Source: Felis catus (Eukaryota). Taken from it: 64,000 nt of DNA. Below, in pieces: positions 52,824-64,000 of this stretch. The notes below the pieces were generated by a model that saw only the letters and a program-made list of their open reading frames with translations, was not told the DNA's origin and ran no database searches. Location: the NCBI RefSeq assembly GCF_018350175.1, contig NC_058368.1, positions 51,895,815 through 51,959,814 of the forward strand, given 5' to 3'. Both the position numbers and the translations under genes were made by a program. The first letter of the stretch is position 1. The number at the start of each line of letters is the position of its first letter.

Positions 52824-54169
52824 ATTTAGACCATGAAGTAAAAGTAGATGATAGAAGTTTTGAAGCAAAAGCTTTGACCTTAAGTATAAATTGGTATTTG
52901 ATTACTGTCCTGCCTAGAAGTGGTTAGAACCCACCGTCTCATTTCAATGATCACGAATCAACTTTTTAGTTAGGGATTGATATGTCATTACCTAAAATCC
53001 TGTATTTCATCAACCTATTTTTGTAAAATAGGTGGTGATGAAGAGGCTCAAGAATTAGCACAGAAAAACTAAAGGGAACTGACCAATAGTGAACAAAAAA
53101 GGATACTTTCTATCAAAGCCAGTCTTAATCTAGCTGTCTGAGATGTGGCTCTCTTGCATACCCCCTCCAACCTACTGAGCTACAGGAATTCAGAAATTCA
53201 GCTGTAAGCTCGGTCTTGTGAATTGCCCTCAGTCAGTCATAACCAACTTGGCCTCAACCCCACCAGCAGGTAGTTTCTGGAGTAATTCTAGGATTTGGTC
53301 TGTCTAGGGTCCAGATTTTCTCTCTATTGTTTCTTTGGGATAAAGCTTCAGCCACCATCTACTGAGCTGGGGGTGTGGCTACTTTGTAACTGGTACTGCC
53401 CTTATATGTGCAAATATCCTGTTTCAATCATGTGGTGACACCCCTTCCTCTCTTAGAACCATTGCAGCAGGACTTAGCCTCATGGCTAGGTTAGCCTCTA
53501 GCACATTCTTTTCAGATCCATGCTAACTTCCCTTTTTCTGACAGCCCAATTTTGAGTCCCTAGCTTGCCTGGCAGATAAGAACATAAGGGTTTTGTCTGT
53601 GGTCTTCCTAAACAGTAAAATAGGAGCTTCAAATAACTTTGGATAGCTTCAAATAGCTTTGAAATAAACAGAGTAACAGAATAAACCACTTATGAGATAA
53701 ATCAGTCACAGCTAAGATAATTCTCAAATAATTAAGCATCTTGCTGTTATCCTAGTTCCTCATGTGACTTCCTAACAGGACAGAGGAGTTACTAAGAGGT
53801 CTGGATGCTCTTATGCAGTGATCAGAGGTTAATAATTCTTCACAGCAGTGACTCCTGCTTGCACTGCAACTCCAGACCTCACAGGCTCTTGGAGATCCTC
53901 ACATGGGGGAATGCCCACTTGCACTGCCCAAGCAGCTTGGTGAAACAGCACTGACGCCCAGTTGTTATATGATGTCATACAGAGATGGGGCTGACCCAGC
54001 AGCCACTACTGGGATGTTAAGGATGCCCACAGATTGTTAGCTTGCTTTTGGTTTGGACAGCCTTGAGAGAAAACTGTTCTCTGGGATGTAGTTCTCCATA
54101 ATTCTTGTAAAGATTCACCACATCATGAAGAATGCCTTCCAGAAGATGCCTGATTTTCTACTTGGTCTC

Positions 54170-54890
54170 ACTTCTTCCACTCTTGTCCCTCTAGCCAGAC
54201 AGATTCTTCAACATATAAATCAGATTATATTTCTTCCCTGTTTAAAATCTCTCATGGTTCCCCATGGCAATGATTAGGGCTCATAAGGCCCTGCACCATC
54301 TGGCCGGTGCCTGCTTCTCCACACTCTTAGCCCTCCCCATGTTTTAGCCACATTGGACTTCCATGTTCATTTCTACCTCAGGCAGGACCTTTGCAGTTTC
54401 TGATCCTGGAATGTTCTTTCCAAGACCTTTGTGTGGCTGGCTGAATCTCATCACCCATGTCTTAGCACAAATGACACCTCCTCAGAGAAGTCTTCCCCGA
54501 CCACCCTAGCTGAAACAACCCCGAGGGCTGCCCAGGCTCTTCCCCCATTTCCCTGTTTGTCTTGTTCACTACTTCATGTTCAGACAACAGAGATATGTTT
54601 TCTTTTTTTTTTTTTTAATTATTTTTTTTCAACGTTTATTTATTTTTGGGACAGAGAGAGACAGAGCATGAATGGGGGAGGGGCAGAGAGAGAGGGAGAC
54701 ACAGAATCGGAAACAGGCTCCAGGCTCCGAGCCATCAGCCCAGAGCCTGACGCGGGGCTCGAACTCCCGGACCGTGAGATCATGACCTGGCTGAAGTCGG
54801 ATGCTTAACCGACTGCGCCACCCAGGCGCCCCAGAGATATGTTTTCAATAAGTATTTCTGGGTAAAATATTGAATGAATAAATGAGGCAA
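54170..54890. mobile_element. L2 fragment split by a SINE
   Basis: aaatcagattatatttcttccctgtttaaaa, ctcctcagagaagtcttcccc, terminal tgaatgaataaatga. Confidence 0.65.
54603..54832 (-). mobile_element. Young SINEC_Fc SINE
   Basis: Perfect TSD agagatatgttttc. Confidence 0.96.
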
Positions 54891-55241
54891 TGACTAGTTT
54901 TCTCTGTTACTTCCATCACTTATTCATCTTCATGAGCTTCTTAGGCACCTCTTTGCAGCCAAGACTCAGATTTCACATATACTTTCCAGAAAACCCCAAA
55001 TTGACTTTGAATGTCTGCCACATCTCTGCAGAGAAATAGGAAACTCAACTCACAAGCCCTACTATTCTAAAGTGCTAATAAAAACTTCCATACCATTAAA
55101 CTTGCCCACAATTATTAATGAGAAGCCTCCAAAACTTTCTCTGCTAAATCTTTACATACTTTTACAAATTTATCAAATTAAATGGAACTGAGTAGCCCAC
55201 GAGAAGTTTAAAATATTGTGCAAACTAAGATTACCTGTGGG

Positions 55242-58200
55242 GACCAGAATGCTATGAAACTCGAAATCAACCACAAGAAAAAATTTGGAAAGGTAACAAA
55301 TACTGGGAGACTAAAGAACATCTTACTAAAGAATGAATGAGCTAACTAAGAAGTTAAAGAGGCAATTAAAAAGTTCATGGATGCCAATGAAAATGATAAC
55401 ACCACAACCCAAAACCTCTGGGATGCGGCAAAGGCGGTCATAAGAGGAAAGTATATAGCAATCCAGGCCTTCCTAAAGAAGGAAGAAAGATCTCAGATAC
55501 ACAACCTAACTTTATGCCTTAAAGAGCGGGAAAAAGAACAACAAATAAAACCCAAAACCAGCATAAGTCAGGAAATAATAAAGATTCGAGCAGAAATTAA
55601 TGCTATCAAAACAAAAACGAACAAACAAATAAACAAACAAACAAACAACAACAACAACAAAACCCAGTAGAACAGATCAATGAAACCAGAAGCTGGTTCT
55701 TTGAAAGAATTAACAAAGTTGATAAACCACTAGCCAGTTTAATCAAAAAGAAAAACGAAAGGACCCAAATAAATAAAATCAAGAATGAAAGGAGAGATCA
55801 CAACCAACACAACAGAAATAAAAACAATAATAAGAGAATATTATAAGCAATTATATGCCAATAAAATGGGCATTCTGGGGGCACCTGGGTGGCTCAGTCG
55901 GTTGGGCGTCTGACTTCGGCTCGGGTCATGATCTCATGGCTCGTGAGTTCGAGTCCCGCATCGGGCTCTGTGCTGACAGCTCAGAGCCTGGAGCCTGCTT
56001 CTCATTCTGTGTCTCCCTCGCTCTCTGTCCCTCCCCCACTTGTGCTCTGTCTCTCAAAAATGAATAAATGTAAAAAAATAAAAATAACAAAATTGGCCAT
56101 CTGGAAGAAATGGACAGATTCCTAGAAACATATACACTACCAGAACTGAAATAGGAAGAAACAGAAAATTTGAACAGACCCATAACCAGGAAGGAAATGG
56201 AATTAATAATCAAAAATCTCCCAAAAAACAAGAGTTCAGGGCCAGATGGCTTCCCAGGGGAATTCTACCAAAGATTTAAGGAAGAGTTAACACCTATTCT
56301 CTTGAAGGTGTTCCAAAAAGTTGAAGTGGAAGGAAAACTTGCAAACTCATTCTATGAATCCAGCATTACCTTGATTCCAAAACCTGACAGAGACCCCACT
56401 AAAAAGGAGAACTATAGACTAATTTGCCTGATGAACATGGATGCAAAAATCCTCAACAAGATATTAGCCAACCAAGATAATGTCCAACAAGACATTAAAA
56501 AAATTATTCACCACGACCAAGTGGGATTTATCCCTGGGATGCAGGACTGGTTCAATATCCGCAAAACAATTAATGTGATTCATCACATCAATGAAAGAAA
56601 GGACAAGAACCGTATGATTCTCTCAATAGATGCAGAGAAAGCATTTGACAAAATACAGCATCCTTTCTTGATAAAAACCCTCAAGAAAGTAGGGATAGAA
56701 GGATCATACCTCAAGATCATAAAAGCCATATACGAAAGACCCAATGCAAATATCATCCTCAATGGGGAAAAACTGAGAGCTTTCCCTCTAAGGTCAGGAA
56801 CAAGACAGGGATGTCCACTCTCAACCACTGTTATTCAACATAGTATTGGAAGTCTTAGCCTCTGTAATCAGACAACACAAAGAAATAAAAGACATCCAAA
56901 TTGGCCAGGAGGAGGTCAGACTTCCACTCTTCACAGATGACATGATACTCTATATGGAAAACCCAAAAGATGCCACCAAAAACCTGGTAGAACTGATTCA
57001 TGAATTCAGCAAAGTGGCAGGATATAAAATCAGTGCACAGAAATTGGTTGCATTCCTATACAGCAACAATGAAGCAACAGAAAGAGAAATCAAGGAATTG
57101 ATCCCATTCACAATTGCACCAAAACCCATAAAACACCTTGGAATAAATCTAACCAAAGAGGTGAAAAATCTATACACTGCAAACTATAGAAAGCTTATGA
57201 AAGAATTTGAAGAAGACACCAAAAAATGGAAAATGATTCCATGCTCCTGGATAGGAAGAACAAATATTGCTAAAATGTTGATACTACCCAAAGCAATCTA
57301 CATATTGAATGCAATCCCTATCAAAATAACACTAGCATTCTTCACAGAGCTAGAACAAATAATCCTAAAATTTGTATGGAACCAGAAAAGACCCCGAATA
57401 GCCAAAGCAATCTTGAAAAAGAAAACCAAAGCAGGAGCATCACAATCCCAGACTTCAAGCTATACTACAAAGCTGTAATCATTAAGACAGTACGGTACTG
57501 GCACAAGAACAGACACTCAGATCAATGGGGCAGAATAGAGAACCCAGAAATGGACCCACAAACGTATGGCCAACTCATCTTTGACAAAGCAGGAAAGAAT
57601 ATCCAATGGAATAAAGACAGTCTCTTCAGCAAGTGGTGCTGGGAAAACTGGACAGTGACATGCAGAAGAATGAACCTGGACCACTTTCTTACACCTCACA
57701 CAAAAATAAACTCAAAATGGATGAAAGACCTCAATGTAAGACAGGAAGCCATCCAAATCCTCGAGGAGAAAGCAGGCAAAAACCTCTTTGATCTTGCCTG
57801 CAGCAACTTCTTACTCAACACATCTCTGGAGGCAAGGGAAACAAAAGCAAAAATGAACTACTGGGACCTCATCAAAATAAAAAGCTCCTGCACAGTGAAG
57901 GAAACAATCAACAGAACTAAAAGGTAGCCAATGGAAGGGGAGAAGATATTTGCAAACAACATATCAGATAAAGGGTTAGTATCCAAAATCTATGAAGAAC
58001 TTCTCAAACTCAACACCCCAAAGACAAATAATCCAGTAAGAAAACGGGCAAAAGACATGAATAGATGCTTATCCAAAGAAGACATTCAGATGGCCAAGTG
58101 ACACTTGAAAAAATGCTCAACATCACTCATCACCAGGGAAATACAAATCAAAACCACAATGAGATACCACCTCACACCTGTCAGAATGGCTAACATTAAC

Positions 58201-58876
58201 AACTCAGGCAACAACAGATGTTGGTAAGGATGTGGAGAAAGAGAGAGGATCTCTTTTTCACTGCTGGTGGGAATGCAAACGTGTAGCCACTCTGGAAAAC
58301 AGTATGGAGGTTTCTCAAAAAATTAAAAATAGAACTACCCTATGACCCAGCAATTGCACTAGTAGGTATTTATCCAAGGGATATGGCTATGTTGTTTCAA
58401 AGGGGCACATGCACCCCAATGTTTATAGTAGCACTATCAACAATAGCCAAAGTATGGAAAGAGCCCAAATGTCCATTGATGGTGAATGGATAAAGAAGAA
58501 GTGGTATATATATATACAATGGAGAATTACTTGGCGATCAAAAAGAATGAAATCTTGCCATTTGCAACTATGTGTATGGAACTAGAGGGTATTATGCTAA
58601 GCAAAATTCATCAGTCAGAGAAATATCATGACTTCACTCATATGAGGACTTTAAGACACAGAACAGATGAACATAAGGGAAGGGAAGCAAAAATAATATA
58701 AAAACAGGGAGGGAGACAAAACATAAGAGACTCATAAATATGGAGAACTAACAGAGGGTTACTGGAGGAGTTGTGGGAGGGGGGATGGACTAAATGAGTA
58801 AGGGGCATTAAGGAATCTACTCCTGAAATTATTGTTACACTATATGCTAACTAATTTGGATGTAAATTAAAAAAAA
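55242..58876 (+). mobile_element. 5'-truncated L1_Fc-type LINE (ORF2 RT and C-terminal regions in several frameshifted pieces)
   Basis: Perfect 15-bp TSD aagattacctgtggg (55227-55241, 58877-58891); ORFs 56170-56940, 56846-57478 (LFTDDM) and 57376-57927 are L1 ORF2. Confidence 0.96.
55877..56085 (+). mobile_element. SINE inside the L1
   Basis: SINEC structure; diverged TSD. Confidence 0.93.
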
Positions 58877-59034
58877 AAGATTACCTGTGGGTTTCAGAGA
58901 CAACTTTTATTGACTTTGAGAATTGTGCTACCTTAAAAAAGCCTACGTAGGTACAAAATGGTAGTCAATGACAATGTTTCAAATGTGTCAAAACCATACA
59001 TTACTGATTGATTTCAGTGTAATTAGTCATGCAG

Positions 59035-59620
59035 GTGTGCCAATAAGGGTTTGATCAGAGAAGGAGAACGCTACTGGGTGATAAAGAAGGCTTATTGTAG
59101 GGATTTGACCTTATGCAGTTATGGGAGCTGGTTAAGCAGTTACTTGAGTATGCCGCCTTTGCGGCTGAGTGCTGGGCCCAAGTCAGCTGGGAGAAGTTCA
59201 AACGGGAAGAAGAGCATGGCATGTGGATGGCCACAGACAGAGTGAAACCCAGGAGGATGAACTGGAATTCGTGGTGATCTCTGACTGCTTCCAAGCATCC
59301 TACTTTGATGCCATGGGTGACTGCAAAAGAGCTGGTACGCTTTGCCATGGAGAAGCTGCTGAAAATCTGGAAGGAGCTGGAAGAATCAAGGCCTGGATGT
59401 TGCTCCATGCCAATGAGGTGACCCAGCACATCTGTGACAAGGTGCATGCGGTGAGCTGCAACTCGCCTCACTGTCAACCAATCTTTTCTGTAAACATGGC
59501 AACTGCCTCTCTTCCACCTTCTAAATCATGAATAAATTTCTCTTTTGGACAATCCTAACTCAAACCATTCAGGGAAACCGTTCTGGCTTAGTCAATTTTA
59601 CACAAATACTAAGTCACCAC
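59035..59620. mobile_element. Ancient ERVL-class solo LTR, approximate
   Basis: gggtttgatcagagaaggagaac...gggatttgaccttatgcagttatgggagctgg resembles old ERVL LTRs; recall-based. Confidence 0.5.
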
Positions 59621-59994
59621 GGTAGGCAGTAGATTTTACTTACCTGTACAACCCATACAACTGAAAATATGTATGTCTTTGAAGCTCATTGATTCCAGAT
59701 AAAGCTGGGTTCTAGCTGAGACTTCACCTCCAAGCAGCACCTTACCTTTTGAAGGTCACTTAAACACCTTGACCTTAAGCTATTGCATTGGCTAAATAAG
59801 GGCACTGAGATCATATCTCTAAATGGTTTTCCAATACCTTGATGTCCTGACTCTAAGATTTACCTTCTTCTTAGTTTTTAATTTAAAAGATGTGACTACA
59901 GAAAATGCAACCAATAAACATGATTTTTGATCAGTGTGCCTATGTAGAACATGCTGGCTCTAAATCTAGGAAATTTTAAAATACATCTTATTTT

Positions 59995-60238
59995 TTAAAG
60001 ACATGCATTGAACTCTTTGTAGATGAAATGACATGATATGTGGGATTTGCTTCAAAATAATAAGGGAAAGAAGGAAGCTCCAGGGAAGGAAGAGAGTAAA
60101 CATGTAACAATAGGCCATAAAAATTAATAATTGCTGAAATTCATAATTATTGAATGTGGGTAATGGGTTTATTATATTATTTTCTCCACTTTTATACATG
60201 TTTGAAATTCTCCATAATAAAGCGTTTATTAAAAAATT
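59995..60238 (+). mobile_element. Old L1M 3'-end fragment
   Basis: gatgaaatgacatgatatgtgggatttgcttcaaaata...tgtttgaaattctccataataaa. Confidence 0.7.
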
Positions 60239-61754
60239 GGATGCTAAAGCGTTTTGGTTGTTACACTTCATTTTTCCTCATTTTGTTTTATTATTGTCTA
60301 TAAAAAATGAGGTATAATTGCTTCATCATAAGATCTCCAGGCAGACAGAGCCCTCTGCCCATATGATAATTTATATCTACTGGTATCAATAAATTATTCT
60401 CCCCCCCGCCCCCACCCTGTGTTGCAAGCTCAGACCTGGGAACTTTTGTTCAGTCACAGAGAAGAACATTAAAACATTCAACATACAAAATTAATACAAT
60501 TCCCTTGTTTTCATGAGGTGCTTCACCTTTGCCCCTGACAGAGCCTTTCTGGCACAACATTACCAGAGTATAAACCTTCTGTTTTAGATTGTTTTATACT
60601 CTGTTTATATTGTGTCAGCCAGCTGTAAGAGTCGCGGAGTGGAATGGAAGTCTGACCATTTCTTACAAGGATTTGAATGGATCCTGTTTGATCAGCCCGC
60701 ATCCCAGCCAGTCAGGTAGGGCTTGGCTTTGGTCAGAGAGGAGTCTGTTATCTGGGCTCTGTGGAGGCAGCTGTAACTCGTCCTTGGGATTTCCACCTTC
60801 TGACATGTTATTGATGTATATTATTTCCTACCGTTTCACCTGCAAGTCTTTTTGTTCTTATTAATTGGTATCATTTTTTTTTATCCTTCATTCTAAATTT
60901 TAGGGCTTAGTGGGTGCTAGAGAGAAATGTATTTGTTTAATCCTGTCCCTTCAGCTGGAAATCTCGGCTTGAGTATGTCAGCCCAGATCACGGTATCCCT
61001 TGTTTTCGCAGAACTCACTTCAGGTGTCTTAGGTGGCTCTACCCTCCTTCCTTTCTTCCTCAGATACTAACTGGCTGTGGATCTTGAACCATGCCCACCT
61101 GGACTTGCAGTGTCTGCTCACCTGCTGAGCCAGATTCCTCCTTTCAGAATCTTTCCATCAGTCCTAGGTCTCCTGACACAAGTAATGCTTCCTTGGATTG
61201 CATTATTATTCTCACCCAACCAAATCCTCAGCGTGATCATCAGCATAAGGCATCCAGATGTGCTATGGAAGATGACGCTTACCTGTGTTTAAAAGCAGAT
61301 GACAGGCTAATTCTGCCTTCTGGAAGGTCAGCTTCATCAAAACGGACAGCTACAGTGCTTGCAATCTTGTGCATTTGCATGTTCGGTGAAAGAGGTCTGT
61401 CTTTGTCTTACAGGGACCAAAAGTTCCTTCTGGTCATTGTTTTTTTAGTACGTAAAGCATCTTTGGAGTGAGTGACAAGCATCCAGGAGTGATGCCAATA
61501 GCTCCCTTCTATCACCTTGCAGGGGTTTGGTGGAGAGGGAAGGCCAGGAGCAGATGCAGACAGACCTCTGGCAAGGATCTGGGAAGTCTTGCAGGGCCCA
61601 GCAGGATGAAGCGCCTCTTTGCATCTCCTACCTTTACTTTGGTCTGCAGGCTCCAAACCCAATCTTGAGTCTTTTGAGATCTGAAAGGACCTGAGATGCT
61701 GTACTGATATGCAAACCTGTTCTTGGAATGTGTACTTTAAAATCTCTGATTTGG

Positions 61755-62776
61755 AATTGCACTACTAGGCATTTATCCACGGGATACAGGTGTGCTATTT
61801 CGAAAGGACACATGCACCCCCATGTTTATAGCAGCACTACCAACAGTGGCCAAAGTATGGAAAGAGCCCAAATGTCCATCGATGGATGAATGGATAAAGA
61901 AGATGGTGTATATATATACAATGGAGTATTACTCGGCAATCAAAAAGAATGAAATCTTGCCATTTGCAACTATGTGGATGGAACTGGAGGGTATTATGCT
62001 AAGTGAAATGAGTCAGAGAAAGACAAAAATCATATGACTTCACTTATAGGATGACTTTAAGAGACAAAACAGATGAACGTAAGGGAAGGGAAACAAAAAT
62101 AATATAAAAACAGGGAGGAGGACAAAACATAAATATGGAGAACTAACAGAGGGTTACTGGAGGGGTTGTGGGAGAGGGGATAGGCTAAACGGGTAAGGGG
62201 CACTAAGGAATCTATTCCTGAAATCATTGTTACACTATATGCTAACTAATTTGGATGTAAATTTTTTTTTAATTTTTTTTCAACGTTTTTTATTTATTTT
62301 TGGGACAGAGAGAGACAGAGCATGAACGGGGGAGGGGCAGAGAGAGAGGGAGACACAGAATAGGAAACAGGCTCCAGGGTCCGAGCCATCAGCCCAGAGC
62401 CTGACGCGGGACTCGAACTCACGGACCGCGAGATCATGACCCAGCTGAAGTCAGACGCTCAACCGACTGCACCACCCAGGCACCCCGGATGTAAATTTTA
62501 AAAAATAAAAAATAAAATTAAAAAATTAAAAAATAATGAAATAGGATTTGTCAAAAAAATAAAATAATAAAAAATAAATAAAATGATATAGTTAATGGCT
62601 GACTTCTCATTAGGAACAATGGAAGCAGAAAGACATTGAAAAAACATATTTAAAATGCTAAGGGGGGAAAAAAACTACCAAATAAGGTTCAATATATACT
62701 GAAATTATGTTTTATAAATGGATGTAAAATAAAGGTATTTCCAATTAAAAAACAAAAACAAAACAAAAAATTAAAA
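61755..62776 (+). mobile_element. 5'-truncated L1_Fc with nested SINE and a 3'-transduced segment
   Basis: TT|AAAA site; TSD aaaatctctgatttgg (61739-61754) / aaaatctctgctttgg (62777-62792). Confidence 0.9.
62266..62486 (-). mobile_element. Young SINEC_Fc SINE at the L1 3' end
   Basis: TSD ggatgtaaatttt (62253-62265, 62487-62499). Confidence 0.96.
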
Positions 62777-64000
62777 AAAATCTCTGCTTTGGTTTAGACA
62801 GTTGCCTTCACTATAAAGACAGTGGTTTTGACTTAGCAATTAAGGCAAAACACTTAAATGAAGAAAGCCCCCGAATTCTGTGAATCCCCGTTTTTGCGTA
62901 TTTACTTCCTGTTGCAAGATAGGGAAAGGCCTCTGATAATACACTTAACTCTTTTCCTTCAATTTCTGTTGTTTCTTCCTCCTTCTCTGCTTCTCTTCAG
63001 TTATTATTAGTTAACATTCATTGAGTCTATGATATTTGAGATTTAAAAACAAGTGGGAAGGCATCGTTCCTGTCTTCAAGGAGCTTACAGTCAATACAAT
63101 AGCATTTCCCTTGGAGGTTGTTATTCAGTTAAGAAGAGGAGAAAATATTTCACAAAGGGCCAGATTTTCATTTTCCATTTTCCTTTTCATTTATAATTGC
63201 ACTCTCCATGCTCTGTCCCACTTTGTCCCTGTGCAAAAACATTGTCATCCTCCTACATGAGTTTTCCAAACTTATTTTTTACAACTCACATGCCACCCAC
63301 ATTTGTTCAATCCCCCTTTAATTGTTCACAGAGAGATGTGTCATCTTTGGTTTGAGTTTCTTTGTCTTTAATTAGGAAGTCTGCCTCAAACCCATCCTTT
63401 TTATGGGGGGGGGGGGAGGGGGCGGGGGAGAGTGTTTCTTTTCCTTTCTCCCGAAATACAACTGGCTACAAATGAGCTTCTCATCTGTTTCAGATTTCCG
63501 TGTGCACGTCTCTTGGGGTTAGTTGGTTTCTTCCATTATCTTCATTAAATATCTTCTGCATGTAAATATTTTGAAAGGAAATGTGAATTGTGCAAGGGAA
63601 GGCAAGGACTTTGAGTGTGAGGCCTCTTTTTATTTGGCTGTGTATCCCATGCTACTTAGGCATGCCTTTGCCTCAATTTCCCCAAATTAGGAATTCCCTT
63701 TAGAGTAATGGCTCTGTTTATTTCATGGACGTTGGAGATAAGAAAAGACTACATAATTAGGCATGGAATGTTTCCATCTGTGTTTAATCTGTTTTTGAGA
63801 TTGTGCAATACCACAAAATATGGTTCCCCATTGCTGTGTTACATAGCAGGAATATGCAATGCTTCATACTCTGTGTAATTCAATGTTTGCTTTGAATTTA
63901 TTAATCAGGGGCATGACTTTATTCTTATTCTGGGGGAAGTTATATTGTTCTGATGAAACAAAATAAGCTTAAATGAATCCACATTGTGAAGATAGCTTCC

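Noticed and set aside
56170..57927. Longest ORFs in the window (256, 210 and 183 aa)
   Set aside because: Frameshifted pieces of L1 ORF2 in a 5'-truncated element; neither a host gene nor an active L1.
59051..59531. 120-aa and 140-aa overlapping ORFs
   Set aside because: Lie in a probable old LTR; no recognisable domain or splice structure.
63405..63428. G-runs with G-quadruplex potential (also ~110-126, 10399-10413, 17930-17951)
   Set aside because: Simple homopolymer expansions, common and of unreliable length.
63800..63809. C/EBP-like near-palindrome ATTGTGCAAT
   Set aside because: A single 10-mer is expected by chance in 64 kb.

Overview
Felid (cat-like) genomic DNA, judged from the many SINEC_Fc-type carnivore SINEs and L1_Fc/L1_Carn-type LINEs. 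The first ~9.7 kb holds the last three coding exons and 3'UTR of SLAIN1 on the + strand (C-terminus ...[47 protein letters not shown]). The remaining ~54 kb is intergenic and transposon-rich. It contains a TSD-delimited, four-level nested L1/L1/L1/SINE stack (16.9-32.8 kb), a second L1 cluster (36-44 kb), two adjacent ERV LTRs, several older MaLR/ERVL LTRs and hAT DNA-transposon relics, ~27 SINEs and young 5'-truncated L1s. No intact L1 and no other gene was found, and I see no evidence for a new biological system. The most notable items are an L1 3' transduction (61.7-62.8 kb), the nested stack, a template-switch micro-inversion through an L1 endonuclease motif, a tail-only SINE insertion, and SLAIN1 regulatory hints (a junction-encoded SxIP motif with an in-frame alternative acceptor; three miR-130/301 seeds with tandem poly(A) signals). 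Repeat subfamily names are from recall and need RepeatMasker/Dfam confirmation. Boundaries without a TSD are approximate.
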